A stretch of 64,000 bases of DNA from Bdellovibrionales bacterium (GTDB lineage: Bacteria > Bdellovibrionota > Bdellovibrionia > Bdellovibrionales > JAGQZY01): assembly GCA_964230645.1 (NCBI GenBank), contig CAXRHT010000002.1:1696001-1760000 (forward strand), written 5' to 3'. Positions within the stretch are counted from its first letter, which is position 1. Every line of letters begins with the position of its first letter. This document shows positions 38,297-48,247 of this stretch, piece after piece. The translations under genes were made by a program, and so were the position numbers. The notes beneath the pieces were generated by a model that saw nothing but the letters and a program-made list of their open reading frames with translations, was not told the origin of the DNA and did no database searches.

Positions 38297-38372
38297 TCTC
38301 CACGAACCTACCCCTTGCTCGAAGCTGATTTAAGTTAAAACCTTTATTTAGAAAGTTTTATAGACCCATTCG

Positions 38373-39710
38373 TCACTTAGAGTTTTTATTGGCCTCTAAA
38401 TTTTCCATCAAGCAGTGGACTTTGCAGGCCTGAAAATAAAGCTTGTGAAACGGCCTTGAAATGTCATGCTTTTTTGAACCCAGTCCCGCTAACAGATTGG
38501 TTAAAGAAAAGTAAATAATTAGAACGAGGAGGTAGCGGCCTAGTTTCTCTCCGGTTTCCCTCTTCTGACTCCATTCATTGAACTTCAATAAGAGGGGGAA
38601 TAAAGCCATGGGCCAAATGTAAAGCAAATGCCAGTATATTGGGAGTGTGGGAGCAATTCCTGTTGCGATCAAAGCCGAAACAAAAGCGGTAATAGGATAG
38701 ATGGCAAACCACTCTTTTGCAGATCTCATTTTGTATTTAAAAATGTTGAGTTTACTTTTATGCTTTTTATAAAACTGATAGTTCACATAAAAAGAAAGGC
38801 CCACACCGATCGCCCCAATGAGATACTTCACACCCGTCCACAGGACTTTCATAGTCACTTCAAGACTCTCCACTCCCATCCACGAAAAATTGAGCTGATG
38901 AAACACATGGGTTTGAAAAATGCTGGAACCGAACAAAATCCAGTACCAGAAACCTTTAAGCAGTGGGTAGACATTTATTAACCCAAAAAATAAATAGCCT
39001 TTCCCGTCTCCACTTCCGGGTTGGGGAAAGATACTTGGATCTTCAAGACCTGCAAGGATGTAGGGAATAAGAGAAGCTAAACCTAAAATAATTCCACTCA
39101 GAGTACCAAGGAGATGGGGCTTTAATGCCTTCATCCATAAAAGCATCATTGTCATAAAAAAGAGAATCACAAAAGAGGGATGAATCTGTAAGCCCAAAAA
39201 CAGGCTCAAGCCATGCAGAACACTAAACTTAAACGAGGCTTTTTGAGAGAGTTTATAAGCCGACCAGAGATGGAGAGCCGAGGCAAAATAAATATATCCG
39301 GGATTCCAAAGAAAAACCTCACTCATTCTCCAGGGGTTGAGCCAAAAGACCACCACAACTGCCATGAGGGCCATTGGGGTGAGATAATCCTTGAAAGAGT
39401 CATAGAACATTAAAAATGCTAAAAAGTGTAAAAAAGCTAGAAAAGTCAAAGCCGCCCAAGGAGAGAACCACAACTTCATGGGAAGGCCGGTGCTGAGAGT
39501 GAGAAAAGCGCCTGGGATATTGCCACTGGCTCCACTGGAAGAAACATTTCCATAGGGAATAAGATTATCTGCGGTCACTAATTGATGGGCTTTATCCAGT
39601 ATTTGAATCACATCCCCATCAATGAAATGGCCGTAGCCGTAAAGTGCGGTCAAAAGAAAACCAAGTAATATCAGAAACTTACTGATGGTATTTGCATTTT
39701 TTAAATTCAT
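38373..39710 (-). CDS. Polytopic membrane protein, probable GT-C (ArnT/PMT-like) glycosyltransferase
   Basis: About 11 TM helices, acidic residues in the first loop (IDGD), LWNP and QIHPS; adjacent to GT2 and GT9 genes. Confidence 0.55.
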   Translation of the reverse strand: MNLKNANTISKFLILLGFLLTALYGYGHFIDGDVIQILDKAHQLVTADNLIPYGNVSSSGASGNIPGAFLTLSTGLPMKLWFSPWAALTFLAFLHFLAFLMFYDSFKDYLTPMALMAVVVVFWLNPWRMSEVFLWNPGYIYFASALHLWSAYKLSQKASFKFSVLHGLSLFLGLQIHPSFVILFFMTMMLLWMKALKPHLLGTLSGIILGLASLIPYILAGLEDPSIFPQPGSGDGKGYLFFGLINVYPLLKGFWYWILFGSSIFQTHVFHQLNFSWMGVESLEVTMKVLWTGVKYLIGAIGVGLSFYVNYQFYKKHKSKLNIFKYKMRSAKEWFAIYPITAFVSALIATGIAPTLPIYWHLLYIWPMALFPLLLKFNEWSQKRETGEKLGRYLLVLIIYFSLTNLLAGLGSKKHDISRPFHKLYFQACKVHCLMENLEANKNSK

Positions 39711-39790
39711 GAGAGGCATCTTAATCCATGCTCCGCTCATAGACAAGAGAGCGGTCATAAGATAACTATGTCAGAACACTGGAGTTTTAC

Positions 39791-40522
39791 TTGCAAAAAA
39801 AGACAATGTTGGTGGTTCCCTGCTTTAACGAAGAAGACCGCCTTCATCCTCAGACATTTATTGATGCCCTTGATAGAGACCCTAGTCTCCATTGGCTTTT
39901 TGTCGATGACGGCTCCAAGGATCGAACGGCAGTGATCATCGAGTCTATGAAAGCCCAGTTTCCCGAACGCATTTTTCTTCACCAACTCTCTAAAAACAGC
40001 GGGAAAGGCGAAGCTGTTCGACAAGGACTTGTGCAGGCCGTGGAACATCAAGCGACTCTGACGGGCTATTATGATGCCGATCTGGCCACTCCGATGGACG
40101 AAGTCTTTCGCCTTATGAAGATTTTTGAGCGCCAACAGGTCAAAGTTCTTCTTGGAGCCCGAGTTTTTCTTCTAGGGAGAAACATTGATCGTAAGCGTTG
40201 GCGCTTTTGGTTGGGGCGATGTTTTGCTCTGATTGCCTCTCAAATGTTGAAACTTAAAGTTTACGACACACAATGTGGAATGAAGTTGATCTCTAATTTC
40301 GACAAATTTGAACAGTGCATAGAAAAGCCCTTTGTTTCAAGTTGGCTTTTTGATGTTGAACTCATTCAACGAATGTTGACCGAAGGGGGCTTAGAGCTCA
40401 CCGACTTTTTTGAAGAACCGCTCAGAGCTTGGACGGATGTGGGAGGCTCCAAAGTAAAAGCCAAAGCTTTTTTGGTCGCTCTTTTAGATCTAGTGAAAAT
40501 TAAAATGAGGTCTTTGAAATAG
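39791..40522 (+). CDS. GT2 glycosyltransferase, polyprenyl-phosphate sugar synthase-like
   Basis: VPCFNEE, VDDGSKD, GKGEAVRQG, DADLATP, DTQCG, WLFDVEL. Confidence 0.9.
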   Translation: MQKKTMLVVPCFNEEDRLHPQTFIDALDRDPSLHWLFVDDGSKDRTAVIIESMKAQFPERIFLHQLSKNSGKGEAVRQGLVQAVEHQATLTGYYDADLATPMDEVFRLMKIFERQQVKVLLGARVFLLGRNIDRKRWRFWLGRCFALIASQMLKLKVYDTQCGMKLISNFDKFEQCIEKPFVSSWLFDVELIQRMLTEGGLELTDFFEEPLRAWTDVGGSKVKAKAFLVALLDLVKIKMRSLK

Positions 40523-40523
40523 T

Positions 40524-41519
40524 ATGGCTAAGCGAGCTCTTGTTGTCCGTTTTAGCGCTCTTGGCGATTTGGTTTTAACCACTGGCCCCCTCCACCACTT
40601 AAAAAAGAACTACCCTGGTGTCGAATTTGATTTTCTCACGTCCAACATAGGTGAGGAAATCTTCATTAACTCTATTGAATTTGATAACATCTACAGAGTT
40701 CCTAAAGGTTCCGGAATTATTGATCTGACTCGTGTTTACACTCAACTCCCACGCTACGATATGGTTCTTGATTTACAAAATAACTTTAAATCTCATTTTT
40801 TAAAATGGTTTGTACGAGCCAAATATTTTCGCGTTACCAAACATTCTAAAGAGCGTCGCGCCTTTGTTAAAAATAGAAGCTACCGTGAAGTTTTAGATCA
40901 GCATGTGGTTGAGAAGTACTACAAAGTCTTTAAAGAAGCCTTTGAGCTTCCTGATCTTGATGTTGAGGAATTAAGACCTCGCTTTCACACCCAGAAAATC
41001 ACAATTGATGAAAAGTCTTTTAATCTCTCTGAAGCCGTCGTCATTCACCCCTACGCTAGCCAGAAAAACAAAGAGTGGCCCTATGTCGCTGATTTAGTCG
41101 ACCAACTTATTCTCTCTAAAACTCCCGTAATTATAATTGGTTCCTCTGATGTGGAAGTCACTTTGCCCGAGAGTGATTTGATCTTAAACCTCACCAATAG
41201 AACTTCCATTCGCGAAATGGCCTCGTTTTTATCGCAAGCCAAGGGATTGATTACGACTGATTCAGGGCCCATGCATTTAGGTATTGCTGTAAACACTCCC
41301 ACACTGGCTATTTTCGGTCCAACCACCAAGGAATTTGGTTTCTATCCCGTTTTCAATCGCACCGAAGTTGTGGAAATCGAAGATTTAGAATGTCGCCCTT
41401 GCCATGTGCACGGTGGCGATATCTGTCCTAAGGAGCATCACAATTGTGTGACCCAGATTTCCGTGGAACGTGTTTTGGACGCTTTCAAAAAAGTCGCTCC
41501 CGGTCCATTTAATTTTTAA
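40524..41519 (+). CDS. GT9 LPS heptosyltransferase-like protein
   Basis: RFSALGDLVL, DSGPMH, IFGPT, CRPC...C...C. Confidence 0.9.
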   Translation: MAKRALVVRFSALGDLVLTTGPLHHLKKNYPGVEFDFLTSNIGEEIFINSIEFDNIYRVPKGSGIIDLTRVYTQLPRYDMVLDLQNNFKSHFLKWFVRAKYFRVTKHSKERRAFVKNRSYREVLDQHVVEKYYKVFKEAFELPDLDVEELRPRFHTQKITIDEKSFNLSEAVVIHPYASQKNKEWPYVADLVDQLILSKTPVIIIGSSDVEVTLPESDLILNLTNRTSIREMASFLSQAKGLITTDSGPMHLGIAVNTPTLAIFGPTTKEFGFYPVFNRTEVVEIEDLECRPCHVHGGDICPKEHHNCVTQISVERVLDAFKKVAPGPFNF

Positions 41520-41553
41520 AGACATCTCGCTTCTTTATAAGCTTTGATCCAAA

Positions 41554-42837
41554 TCAAAAATAATCCACCTCGATCATATTTTTTCGAAACTCTGAGAGAT
41601 CGGCTTTGATATCTAGTTTTTTTAATAACATAAAGATTCCACCGAGCTTGCGGTGAAGAAAAATCAATTGCTTGGGCGGAGCCGAGTATTTGAGCATTCG
41701 AGAAAAACGCCAAGCTTCTGACCTCACCTCTTGGCTGTACTCTCCATTAGAAAAGTCAAAGGGTTGCCGACTCTCCTCGAAGGGGCGCATCGAAAGAATC
41801 AAAAAGTCGATAAAAACCTCTTTGACCTCGTCAGTTTCTCTTTTATCGAGAAAACCCAATTGGAATATTTGTTTTAAGATCGCCTCACGGTCTCTGGAAA
41901 AAACCTTACGAATAAGAAGTTGGTAATCTCTAACAAAACTCGACTCAAACTCTAAGGTGGCGCCGAAATCCAAAAGAATCATTTCTCCCCTTTCACTGAT
42001 AAGAAAATTAGCAGGGTTTGGGTCGGTTTGAACAAGTTTATTTTCAAAAAATTCTTTTATGTAGAGATTTAGAAGCTGGTCGGCCACCTTTTGGCGAGCT
42101 TCCTTTGAAGGGTTGCTTCTCACCCAAGCGGGGAACTCAAGACCTTTTTCTTTGGAAAGAGTAATAACTTTTTTTGTAGTCATTTCAGGATAAACATCGG
42201 GGATAATGTATTCCGAACCTTCAAAGAGTTTTTTGTACCGGATTAGAGAGTCTCTTTCATATTCATAGTCTGTTTCAAGCTTTAAAACCCTCCGGGCTTC
42301 TTCCATAAGGTCATCAAGTCTTACTTTTTTCTGACTCACTAGCACCAGAGCCTTTAAAAGTTTTTTTAATGTATTAATATCATCGTCTACACTCTCAGCA
42401 ACTCCCGGGTATTGCACCTTAACAACGACTGACTTTCCGTCAATTTCCGCTTCATAAACCTGACCGATACTGGCAGACGCAATGGGCTCTTCTTTAAGAT
42501 TTTTGTATTGAGAAAATCTTTCCTCACCAAGCTCAGACTTTAGCTGCTTCATCATCACTTCGTTGGAAACACGAGGAGCTTGAGATTGCAGCTTTTCTAA
42601 TATTTCTATCACCTCAGGGGGAAGAAAATCATAGCCTTCAATCGATAAGGACTGAATAGCTTTCATGGCCGCCCCTTTGAGCTGTCCTACATGGCCCACT
42701 AGTATTTCGGCTTGATCGAGAAGTTTTTTAAACTTGCCCTCTTTGCTGCCCGAGAGGGCTTTCTTTCCCTGTTCAACCGCGATCTTTGCGGCCATTTTAA
42801 ACAGATGGGATTTTCTTGATTTCGGTATATCACTCAT
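41554..42837 (-). CDS. ABC1/UbiB (COQ8-like) atypical kinase
   Basis: LKGAAMK, ASASIGQV, VKVQYPG, QTDPNPANF, LDFG. Confidence 0.92.
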   Translation of the reverse strand: MSDIPKSRKSHLFKMAAKIAVEQGKKALSGSKEGKFKKLLDQAEILVGHVGQLKGAAMKAIQSLSIEGYDFLPPEVIEILEKLQSQAPRVSNEVMMKQLKSELGEERFSQYKNLKEEPIASASIGQVYEAEIDGKSVVVKVQYPGVAESVDDDINTLKKLLKALVLVSQKKVRLDDLMEEARRVLKLETDYEYERDSLIRYKKLFEGSEYIIPDVYPEMTTKKVITLSKEKGLEFPAWVRSNPSKEARQKVADQLLNLYIKEFFENKLVQTDPNPANFLISERGEMILLDFGATLEFESSFVRDYQLLIRKVFSRDREAILKQIFQLGFLDKRETDEVKEVFIDFLILSMRPFEESRQPFDFSNGEYSQEVRSEAWRFSRMLKYSAPPKQLIFLHRKLGGIFMLLKKLDIKADLSEFRKNMIEVDYF

Positions 42838-42861
42838 TCACTTTGCTCCACACACTCAACA

Positions 42862-44370
42862 CTAGGATTTTACTTTTTCACTCAAGAACTTATCGGCGGC
42901 TTTGAACAGCTTCTTTTTGCGGTCCTTGTCCATTTTATCAAGCATTGCGACCATCATCGACATCCTTTGATTCTTGGCAATGACTTTTTTATTTTCACTG
43001 ATAAAACGCCAGTAAAGGCCGTCGAGTGTGTCACACCAATCGCCTTTCCCGTAGTTACTCATTTTTTTTATATAATTGGATCCACTAATATAAGGTTTGG
43101 TCGCAAAGATTCCACCCTCACTAAATTGCCCCATTCCAAACACATTGGGCATCATGACCCAATCAGCGCTATCCACATACATTTCCATAAACCACTTATA
43201 GACTTCTTTGGGGTCCATTTCACTAAGGAGCATCACATTAGACTGTACCATTAGCCTTTCAATATGGTGGGTGTAGCCCCACTTTTGAGCTTTCTTTATG
43301 GAATCATCAAGGGGCAGGATTCCTGTGTTGGCATTATACCAGTCATCGGTGAGTTTATTGCTATGATTCCAGAAGTTATCTTTCCACATTTTCTCAGAAT
43401 AATTATCGTAAATGCCTTTAACGAACTCTCGCCATCCTATGACTTGTCTGACAAAACCTTCGATCGAGGCTAGTGGAACTTCTAACTCTTCGCCTTTTTC
43501 TATAACTTTTTCCACCACCTCGTCAGGGGTGATCATTCCAATATTAATCAAGGCTGATAAACAGGAATGAAATCCGAAAGTGTTTTCACTATGAATGGCA
43601 TCTTGATAGGGCCCAAACTTTTCAAACTTTTCTTCAATAAAATAGTGAATCCATTTTAAGGCTTGAGAGCGCTTAGTGGGTAACCAAAAATGATCGCTGG
43701 TTCCCGGGTGATTGTTAAAATGTTTTTCCACAATCTTTTTCACATCTTTGATATGTTGAGTCTCTTGATGATCGATCAGATCAATAAACTCAATTTTTTT
43801 AGGGTATTTTTTCCTATTTTTTTCATCGAAACTCCACTGCCCTCCGCGTGGAGTGCGATCTTTGTTAAGCAGAATATCGAGCTTATCGCGCTGGTCTTTA
43901 TAAAAAGTCATCATAAAAGGAGACTTATGGGCCTCCAAATACTGTTCGAAATCCTGTTTAGGAGTGAGAAACATGGGGCTTTTGTGTTCAACCAATTCGA
44001 CTGAATTCTTTTTTAAAGTCTTCTTGATCTCTTCTTTAAAAAAGTGATCGTTAATCTCGTAGGTGTGAAGCTTTTTGCAGCTTTTGTTCTCATCAAGGAT
44101 TTTTTCAATTTTCTTCGAAAATTTTGATTTAAAAAGTTTTTCTTCGGCTTTGTGTAGTTCAACGTCATAATCTTTAGACTTCAGTTCGTCAGCATATTCC
44201 CGCATCGAAGCCAAAAAGAAAATAATCTTATTTTTATGATAGGAATAGTGGGTACAAAGACCGAAATCTTCAAACATGTAGATCTTGTCGGATTTTTCGA
44301 AGGCCACCTTTCCCGTTGGAAAAAGCTGGTCTCCTAAAATCAAAAAGACTCGTTTCTCTTTGTTACCCAT
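42862..44370 (-). CDS. Cryptochrome/photolyase family protein, bacterial (6-4) photolyase-like
   Basis: LILGDQL, GGQWSFD, FGPYQDA, EGFVRQVIGWREF, HHIERLM, KPYISGSNYI. Confidence 0.9.
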   Translation of the reverse strand: MGNKEKRVFLILGDQLFPTGKVAFEKSDKIYMFEDFGLCTHYSYHKNKIIFFLASMREYADELKSKDYDVELHKAEEKLFKSKFSKKIEKILDENKSCKKLHTYEINDHFFKEEIKKTLKKNSVELVEHKSPMFLTPKQDFEQYLEAHKSPFMMTFYKDQRDKLDILLNKDRTPRGGQWSFDEKNRKKYPKKIEFIDLIDHQETQHIKDVKKIVEKHFNNHPGTSDHFWLPTKRSQALKWIHYFIEEKFEKFGPYQDAIHSENTFGFHSCLSALINIGMITPDEVVEKVIEKGEELEVPLASIEGFVRQVIGWREFVKGIYDNYSEKMWKDNFWNHSNKLTDDWYNANTGILPLDDSIKKAQKWGYTHHIERLMVQSNVMLLSEMDPKEVYKWFMEMYVDSADWVMMPNVFGMGQFSEGGIFATKPYISGSNYIKKMSNYGKGDWCDTLDGLYWRFISENKKVIAKNQRMSMMVAMLDKMDKDRKKKLFKAADKFLSEKVKS

Positions 44371-44432
44371 ATTCGTCCCTTTTAGCCGAGATTGAAAATT
44401 GTTCAATAATTCTTGAACTATTTTTTAAGATA

Positions 44433-44467
44433 TAAAAAAACCCTCTCCGCTTGAAAGAGGGCTTTTG
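44433..44467 (-). terminator. Putative terminator after dps
   Basis: A-run then CCCTCT...AGAGGG stem. Confidence 0.6.
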
Positions 44468-44478
44468 TTAAATCATTC

Positions 44479-44949
44479 TTAGTCTTCAAGAAGGGAGCGA
44501 AGCATCCATGTTGTCTTCTCGTGGTGCTGCATACGTGCTGTCAAAAGATCCACAGTAGCTTCATCACCAGCGTCGGCCGCCTTTGGAATTACCTCTCGGG
44601 CTGTACGGATAAGCTTTTCATTGGACTCCACAAGGTTTGCAATCATTTCTTTGGCATTAGGATTGCCAGAGTCTTCTTCAATTGTCGTAAGCTTTGCAAA
44701 AGCACCGTAAGTACCGGGCGCTCTCTCACCGAGTGAACGAATTCTCTCTGCGATGTCGTCCACAGCAAGAGCTAAATCTTGGTACTGCTCTTCGAACATG
44801 ACGTGAAGAGTTTGGAACATTGGACCTGTTACGTTCCAGTGATAGTTATGAGTTTTAAGATAAAGAGTGTATGAGTCAGCAAGCACACGCGCGACTCCGT
44901 CAGCGATTTCTTTACGATCTTCTTCTTTCAGTCCTATATTGATTTGCAT
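44479..44949 (-). CDS. dps: Dps DNA-binding ferritin-like protein
   Basis: KTHNYHWNVTGPMFQTLH, DDIAERIR, HEKTTWMLRS. Confidence 0.95.
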   Translation of the reverse strand: MQINIGLKEEDRKEIADGVARVLADSYTLYLKTHNYHWNVTGPMFQTLHVMFEEQYQDLALAVDDIAERIRSLGERAPGTYGAFAKLTTIEEDSGNPNAKEMIANLVESNEKLIRTAREVIPKAADAGDEATVDLLTARMQHHEKTTWMLRSLLED

Positions 44950-45075
44950 CTTTTTCCTTCCTTTTCAGATCTAATAGAATTGATTTAACATTGTTTTCAT
45001 CTGGATTTCAATTGAACACAGCACCAAAGACTATTCTTACTAGCCCCTTTCTGAATATTGTGTAGAATTTTAAAC

Positions 45076-45600
45076 ATGAAGAAATGGCTCTTACTTATTT
45101 TCATACCTATTTTAGTGGTGGCTCTTGTTCCCGCCTTACTCCCCTCTGAGTTTGTCTTTGAGAGGTCAATTCGAATCAATGTGTCTCAAGAGGACGCCTT
45201 TGATTACTTAGTCAATCTCCAGGACTACCGAGAATGGAGCCCGTGGCTTGAAAAAGAACCCAGTGCCGAGTTTGTTTCCGTTGGGACCCCTGGTGTGGTT
45301 GGCAGTTACAATGAATGGAAAGGTCAGGAGATCGGTTCTGGTCGTCAGACCCTTACAAAAGTTCGAGAACCTAAATACATCGAAACCCAATTGCGGTTTC
45401 ACTCTCCCCAAGAGTCAGAAGGCATAGGCTATTTTAAGCTCGTCGACCTTGGTGACGGTGTAGAAGTGACTTGGGGAATGAAATCTCACCTAAGCTACCC
45501 GATTGAGCGAGTCATGGGGCTATTTTTGCCAGGCATGATGGAGCCCGATTTTAAAAACGGCCTTGAAAACCTCAAATTTCAACTGGAAAAATCCATATAA
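45076..45600 (+). CDS. SRPBCC family protein
   Basis: N-terminal TM, FERSIRI, WSPW, VTWGM, GLENLK. Confidence 0.85.
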   Translation: MKKWLLLIFIPILVVALVPALLPSEFVFERSIRINVSQEDAFDYLVNLQDYREWSPWLEKEPSAEFVSVGTPGVVGSYNEWKGQEIGSGRQTLTKVREPKYIETQLRFHSPQESEGIGYFKLVDLGDGVEVTWGMKSHLSYPIERVMGLFLPGMMEPDFKNGLENLKFQLEKSI

Positions 45601-45673
45601 GAAGACTATATCCTTGGGAGAGGTTCTTTTTTTATGAGAACCTTTAAATATATGAAATCCAAAGGAGAGTACT

Positions 45674-45904
45674 ATGGAAACAGTAAAAAGCACAAAAGAC
45701 TTCAAAATCTTTAAAAAGAAAAACGGTCGCTTCGGAGTAAAAAACGCAAAAGGGCAGTGGATCAATGGAGAAGAAAAAGTTAAAATCTTATCCTCTGAAG
45801 GTCTAATTAAAGTGAGTGTTCCTAAGAAAAAAGAGGAAGCCCCCGCTGAAAATGCCGATGCCGCTCAAGAAGAAGCTGCGGCCGAAGAAAAACCTGCAGA
45901 ATAA
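45674..45904 (+). CDS. Small conserved-looking hypothetical protein
   Basis: AAGGAG RBS; KKNGRFGVK...WINGEEKVKIL; acidic Ala-rich tail. Confidence 0.75.
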   Translation: METVKSTKDFKIFKKKNGRFGVKNAKGQWINGEEKVKILSSEGLIKVSVPKKKEEAPAENADAAQEEAAAEEKPAE

Positions 45905-46024
45905 ACATTTTTATATCGGACCTGTTTGATCCGTTCGAGGTCTGGGGGGAGCACTTTTCAAGGAGGGCTTACCCCTTAGAATGGCGGATATCTTACAGGT
46001 TTTTAACATCTAGGAGGATCAGCC

Positions 46025-47290
46025 ATGCTACAAACCCCACGCCGAGTTGCAATAGTCGGTGGAGTGAGAACTCCCTTCGTAAAGTCTTTCACCCATTACA
46101 AAGCAACCAACCAAGAGCTTCAAACAGAAGTCCTCAATCAAATCGCAAAACGATTTAATCTTAAACGTGTGGATGAAGTGGTCATGGGCACGATCACCAA
46201 AGCGGGTACCGACTGGAACCTAGCCAGAGAGGCAGTCCTAGGATCAAGTCTTGATAACGGCACTCCGGCCTTTGATCTTCAAAGAGCTTGCGGAACAGGT
46301 CTCTCCGCTCTCGTCATGATTGCCAACAAGATCGCTCTGGGCCAGATTGACTGCGGAATTGCTGGTGGGTCCGATACGAACTCCAAGATCTCGCTTGAGT
46401 TTTCAAGAAGAGCCTCTGATAAGTTTTTTGGACTTTCTCGCTCCCGCAGCACGGGACAAATGCTCGGCGGACTGATGAAATTTCGTCCCAGTGATTTCAA
46501 ACCTAAAATACCCGGGGTGACCGAGCCAAGAACAGGTCTCAGCATGGGTGAGCACTGTGAGCAAATGGCAAAAAAATGGCGGATCTCTAGAGAAGAGCAA
46601 GACAAACTAGCGTTAGCTAGTCATCAAAACGGATCGAAAGCCTACGATGAAGGCTTCTACAAAGAAAGCGTTGTCCCCTATAGTGGCGTTGATAAGGATA
46701 CAGTTTTAAGAGGTGACACATCCCTTGAAAAGCTCGGTAAACTTCGCCCGGCTTTTGATAAGAAATTGGGAACACTTACGGCTGGAAACTCTTCATCTAT
46801 GACCGATGGGGCCTCCTGTATTTTCCTCGCCTCTGAGGATTATGCCAAAAAACACGGTCTTCCCGTTCTGGCCTATTTTAAAGACGCGCAATCTTCTGCC
46901 ATCGACTTTGTTTCTGGAATGGGCCTCCTAATGGCTCCCACCATTGCTGTGGGCCAAATGCTGAAAAGAAACAATATGGCTTTGCAGGATTTTGACTACT
47001 ATGAAATTCACGAAGCTTTCGCGGCCCAGGTTCTTTCCACCCTTAAAGCTTGGGAAGACGAGCCCTTTTGTAAGCAAACTGTCGGTGTTGATAAACCTTT
47101 AGGCTCTATTGATAGAAGTAAGCTTAATATTAAAGGAAGTAGTATTGCTCTTGGACATCCTTTTGCTGCAACAGGGGCTCGAGTCGCCACAACGTTGGCT
47201 GATATTCTCAATCAAAACTCTGGAAAAGGTTTAATCTCGATCTGTACCGGTGGAGGTATGGGAGTGGCTGCTATTCTTGAAAAAGAATAA
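46025..47290 (+). CDS. Acetyl-CoA C-acyltransferase (thiolase, FadI-like)
   Basis: QRACGTG, EIHEAFAAQ, GHPFAATG, CTGGGMG. Confidence 0.93.
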   Translation: MLQTPRRVAIVGGVRTPFVKSFTHYKATNQELQTEVLNQIAKRFNLKRVDEVVMGTITKAGTDWNLAREAVLGSSLDNGTPAFDLQRACGTGLSALVMIANKIALGQIDCGIAGGSDTNSKISLEFSRRASDKFFGLSRSRSTGQMLGGLMKFRPSDFKPKIPGVTEPRTGLSMGEHCEQMAKKWRISREEQDKLALASHQNGSKAYDEGFYKESVVPYSGVDKDTVLRGDTSLEKLGKLRPAFDKKLGTLTAGNSSSMTDGASCIFLASEDYAKKHGLPVLAYFKDAQSSAIDFVSGMGLLMAPTIAVGQMLKRNNMALQDFDYYEIHEAFAAQVLSTLKAWEDEPFCKQTVGVDKPLGSIDRSKLNIKGSSIALGHPFAATGARVATTLADILNQNSGKGLISICTGGGMGVAAILEKE

Positions 47291-47314
47291 GAGGTTTTAG
47301 CTCACATTCTATTA

Positions 47315-47428
47315 GTCATCTTGAACGATTCTATTGTCATCTTGAGCCCTCTACTGTCATCTTGAGCGATAGCGAAAGATCTTTCGCTGTCGCTCAAGAT
47401 GACAATTTTAATCTCGATCAAGATGACA
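47315..47428. repeat. REP-like palindrome locus E
   Basis: GTCATCTTGA at 47315, 47336, 47356; hairpin 47355-47404; extra TCAAGATGACA 47418-47428. Confidence 0.92.
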
Positions 47429-47435
47429 ACACTGC

Positions 47436-47789
47436 TTACTTGCAGGGCTCGATACTCTTTTGATTGGCAAAGAAGTTTCTCTGATCAACACCCACATAAA
47501 CCACAGAGTTCTCATCGTCTGAGTTAATTTGAGCGTCTTCCGCATAAAGGTAAGGCCACTCATAGTCGCCGCGATTGATTCGTTCAACTAAGGCCTGTGG
47601 GTCACCTTCAAAGCAAACATTCTCGGCTCCCCAAACCACATCGGCCACACAGGAGTCCACGCGCTCAACCAATTGGTTGTCGATTTCTCGAACGCTATCG
47701 GAATATTGGTCATCGCAAAAAATGGCCACGTCCTGAGCTTGAGTAAAAACGGGTGATAATAAAAATAGAATTGTTATGATTTGTTTCAA
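47436..47789 (-). CDS. Hypothetical secreted acidic Cys-containing protein
   Basis: TTG start after GAGGGGG, signal peptide ending TQA, four Cys. Confidence 0.65.
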   Translation of the reverse strand: MKQIITILFLLSPVFTQAQDVAIFCDDQYSDSVREIDNQLVERVDSCVADVVWGAENVCFEGDPQALVERINRGDYEWPYLYAEDAQINSDDENSVVYVGVDQRNFFANQKSIEPCK

Positions 47790-47896
47790 GATTCCCCCCT
47801 CGAATTTGAGCGTCTTTTTTACCAAAAGAGGCTAAGATTCAGCAGATTATTAAGAGAACCTGTAAATTTTCTAATTTTTCAGAATGAATTTAAGCC

Positions 47897-48247
47897 TTAA
47901 GAGCCCGTTGCGCTCTCGCGCTCTAGAAACTCACTGTAATCAATAAAAGTCTCAGGCTGATCAAAGCGGTGAGTCTTCCAGGCTGTGATCTGATCACGAA
48001 GTTGATTTAAAAGCGACGTCATCAACTCATTCACGTTGGCCGCTGAGCCTGATACAAGAAAGGTCCCCTTAGAAAAGAGAACCTTGATTTCGCCATTAAA
48101 AATGTCGTTTTTCTTACTGAAGTGACCCGTGAAATTTGAATCGCTCGGGCACGTTGACCGAATGCTATTGATTTTTTTGATCACAAGATGTTTGTCTTCT
48201 CGATTGATATCAGACGAGAACTGAAAAGACGATAGCTTATACTCCAT
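47897..48247 (-). CDS. Hypothetical protein, possibly HPF/RaiA-like fold
   Basis: GGAGG RBS; beta-alpha-beta3-alpha-like pattern ending LRDQITAWK. Confidence 0.5.
   Translation of the reverse strand: MEYKLSSFQFSSDINREDKHLVIKKINSIRSTCPSDSNFTGHFSKKNDIFNGEIKVLFSKGTFLVSGSAANVNELMTSLLNQLRDQITAWKTHRFDQPETFIDYSEFLERESATGS

Noticed and set aside
44970..45015. OxyR-like site upstream of dps
   Set aside because: Only a partial ATAG-N7 match; too weak to support
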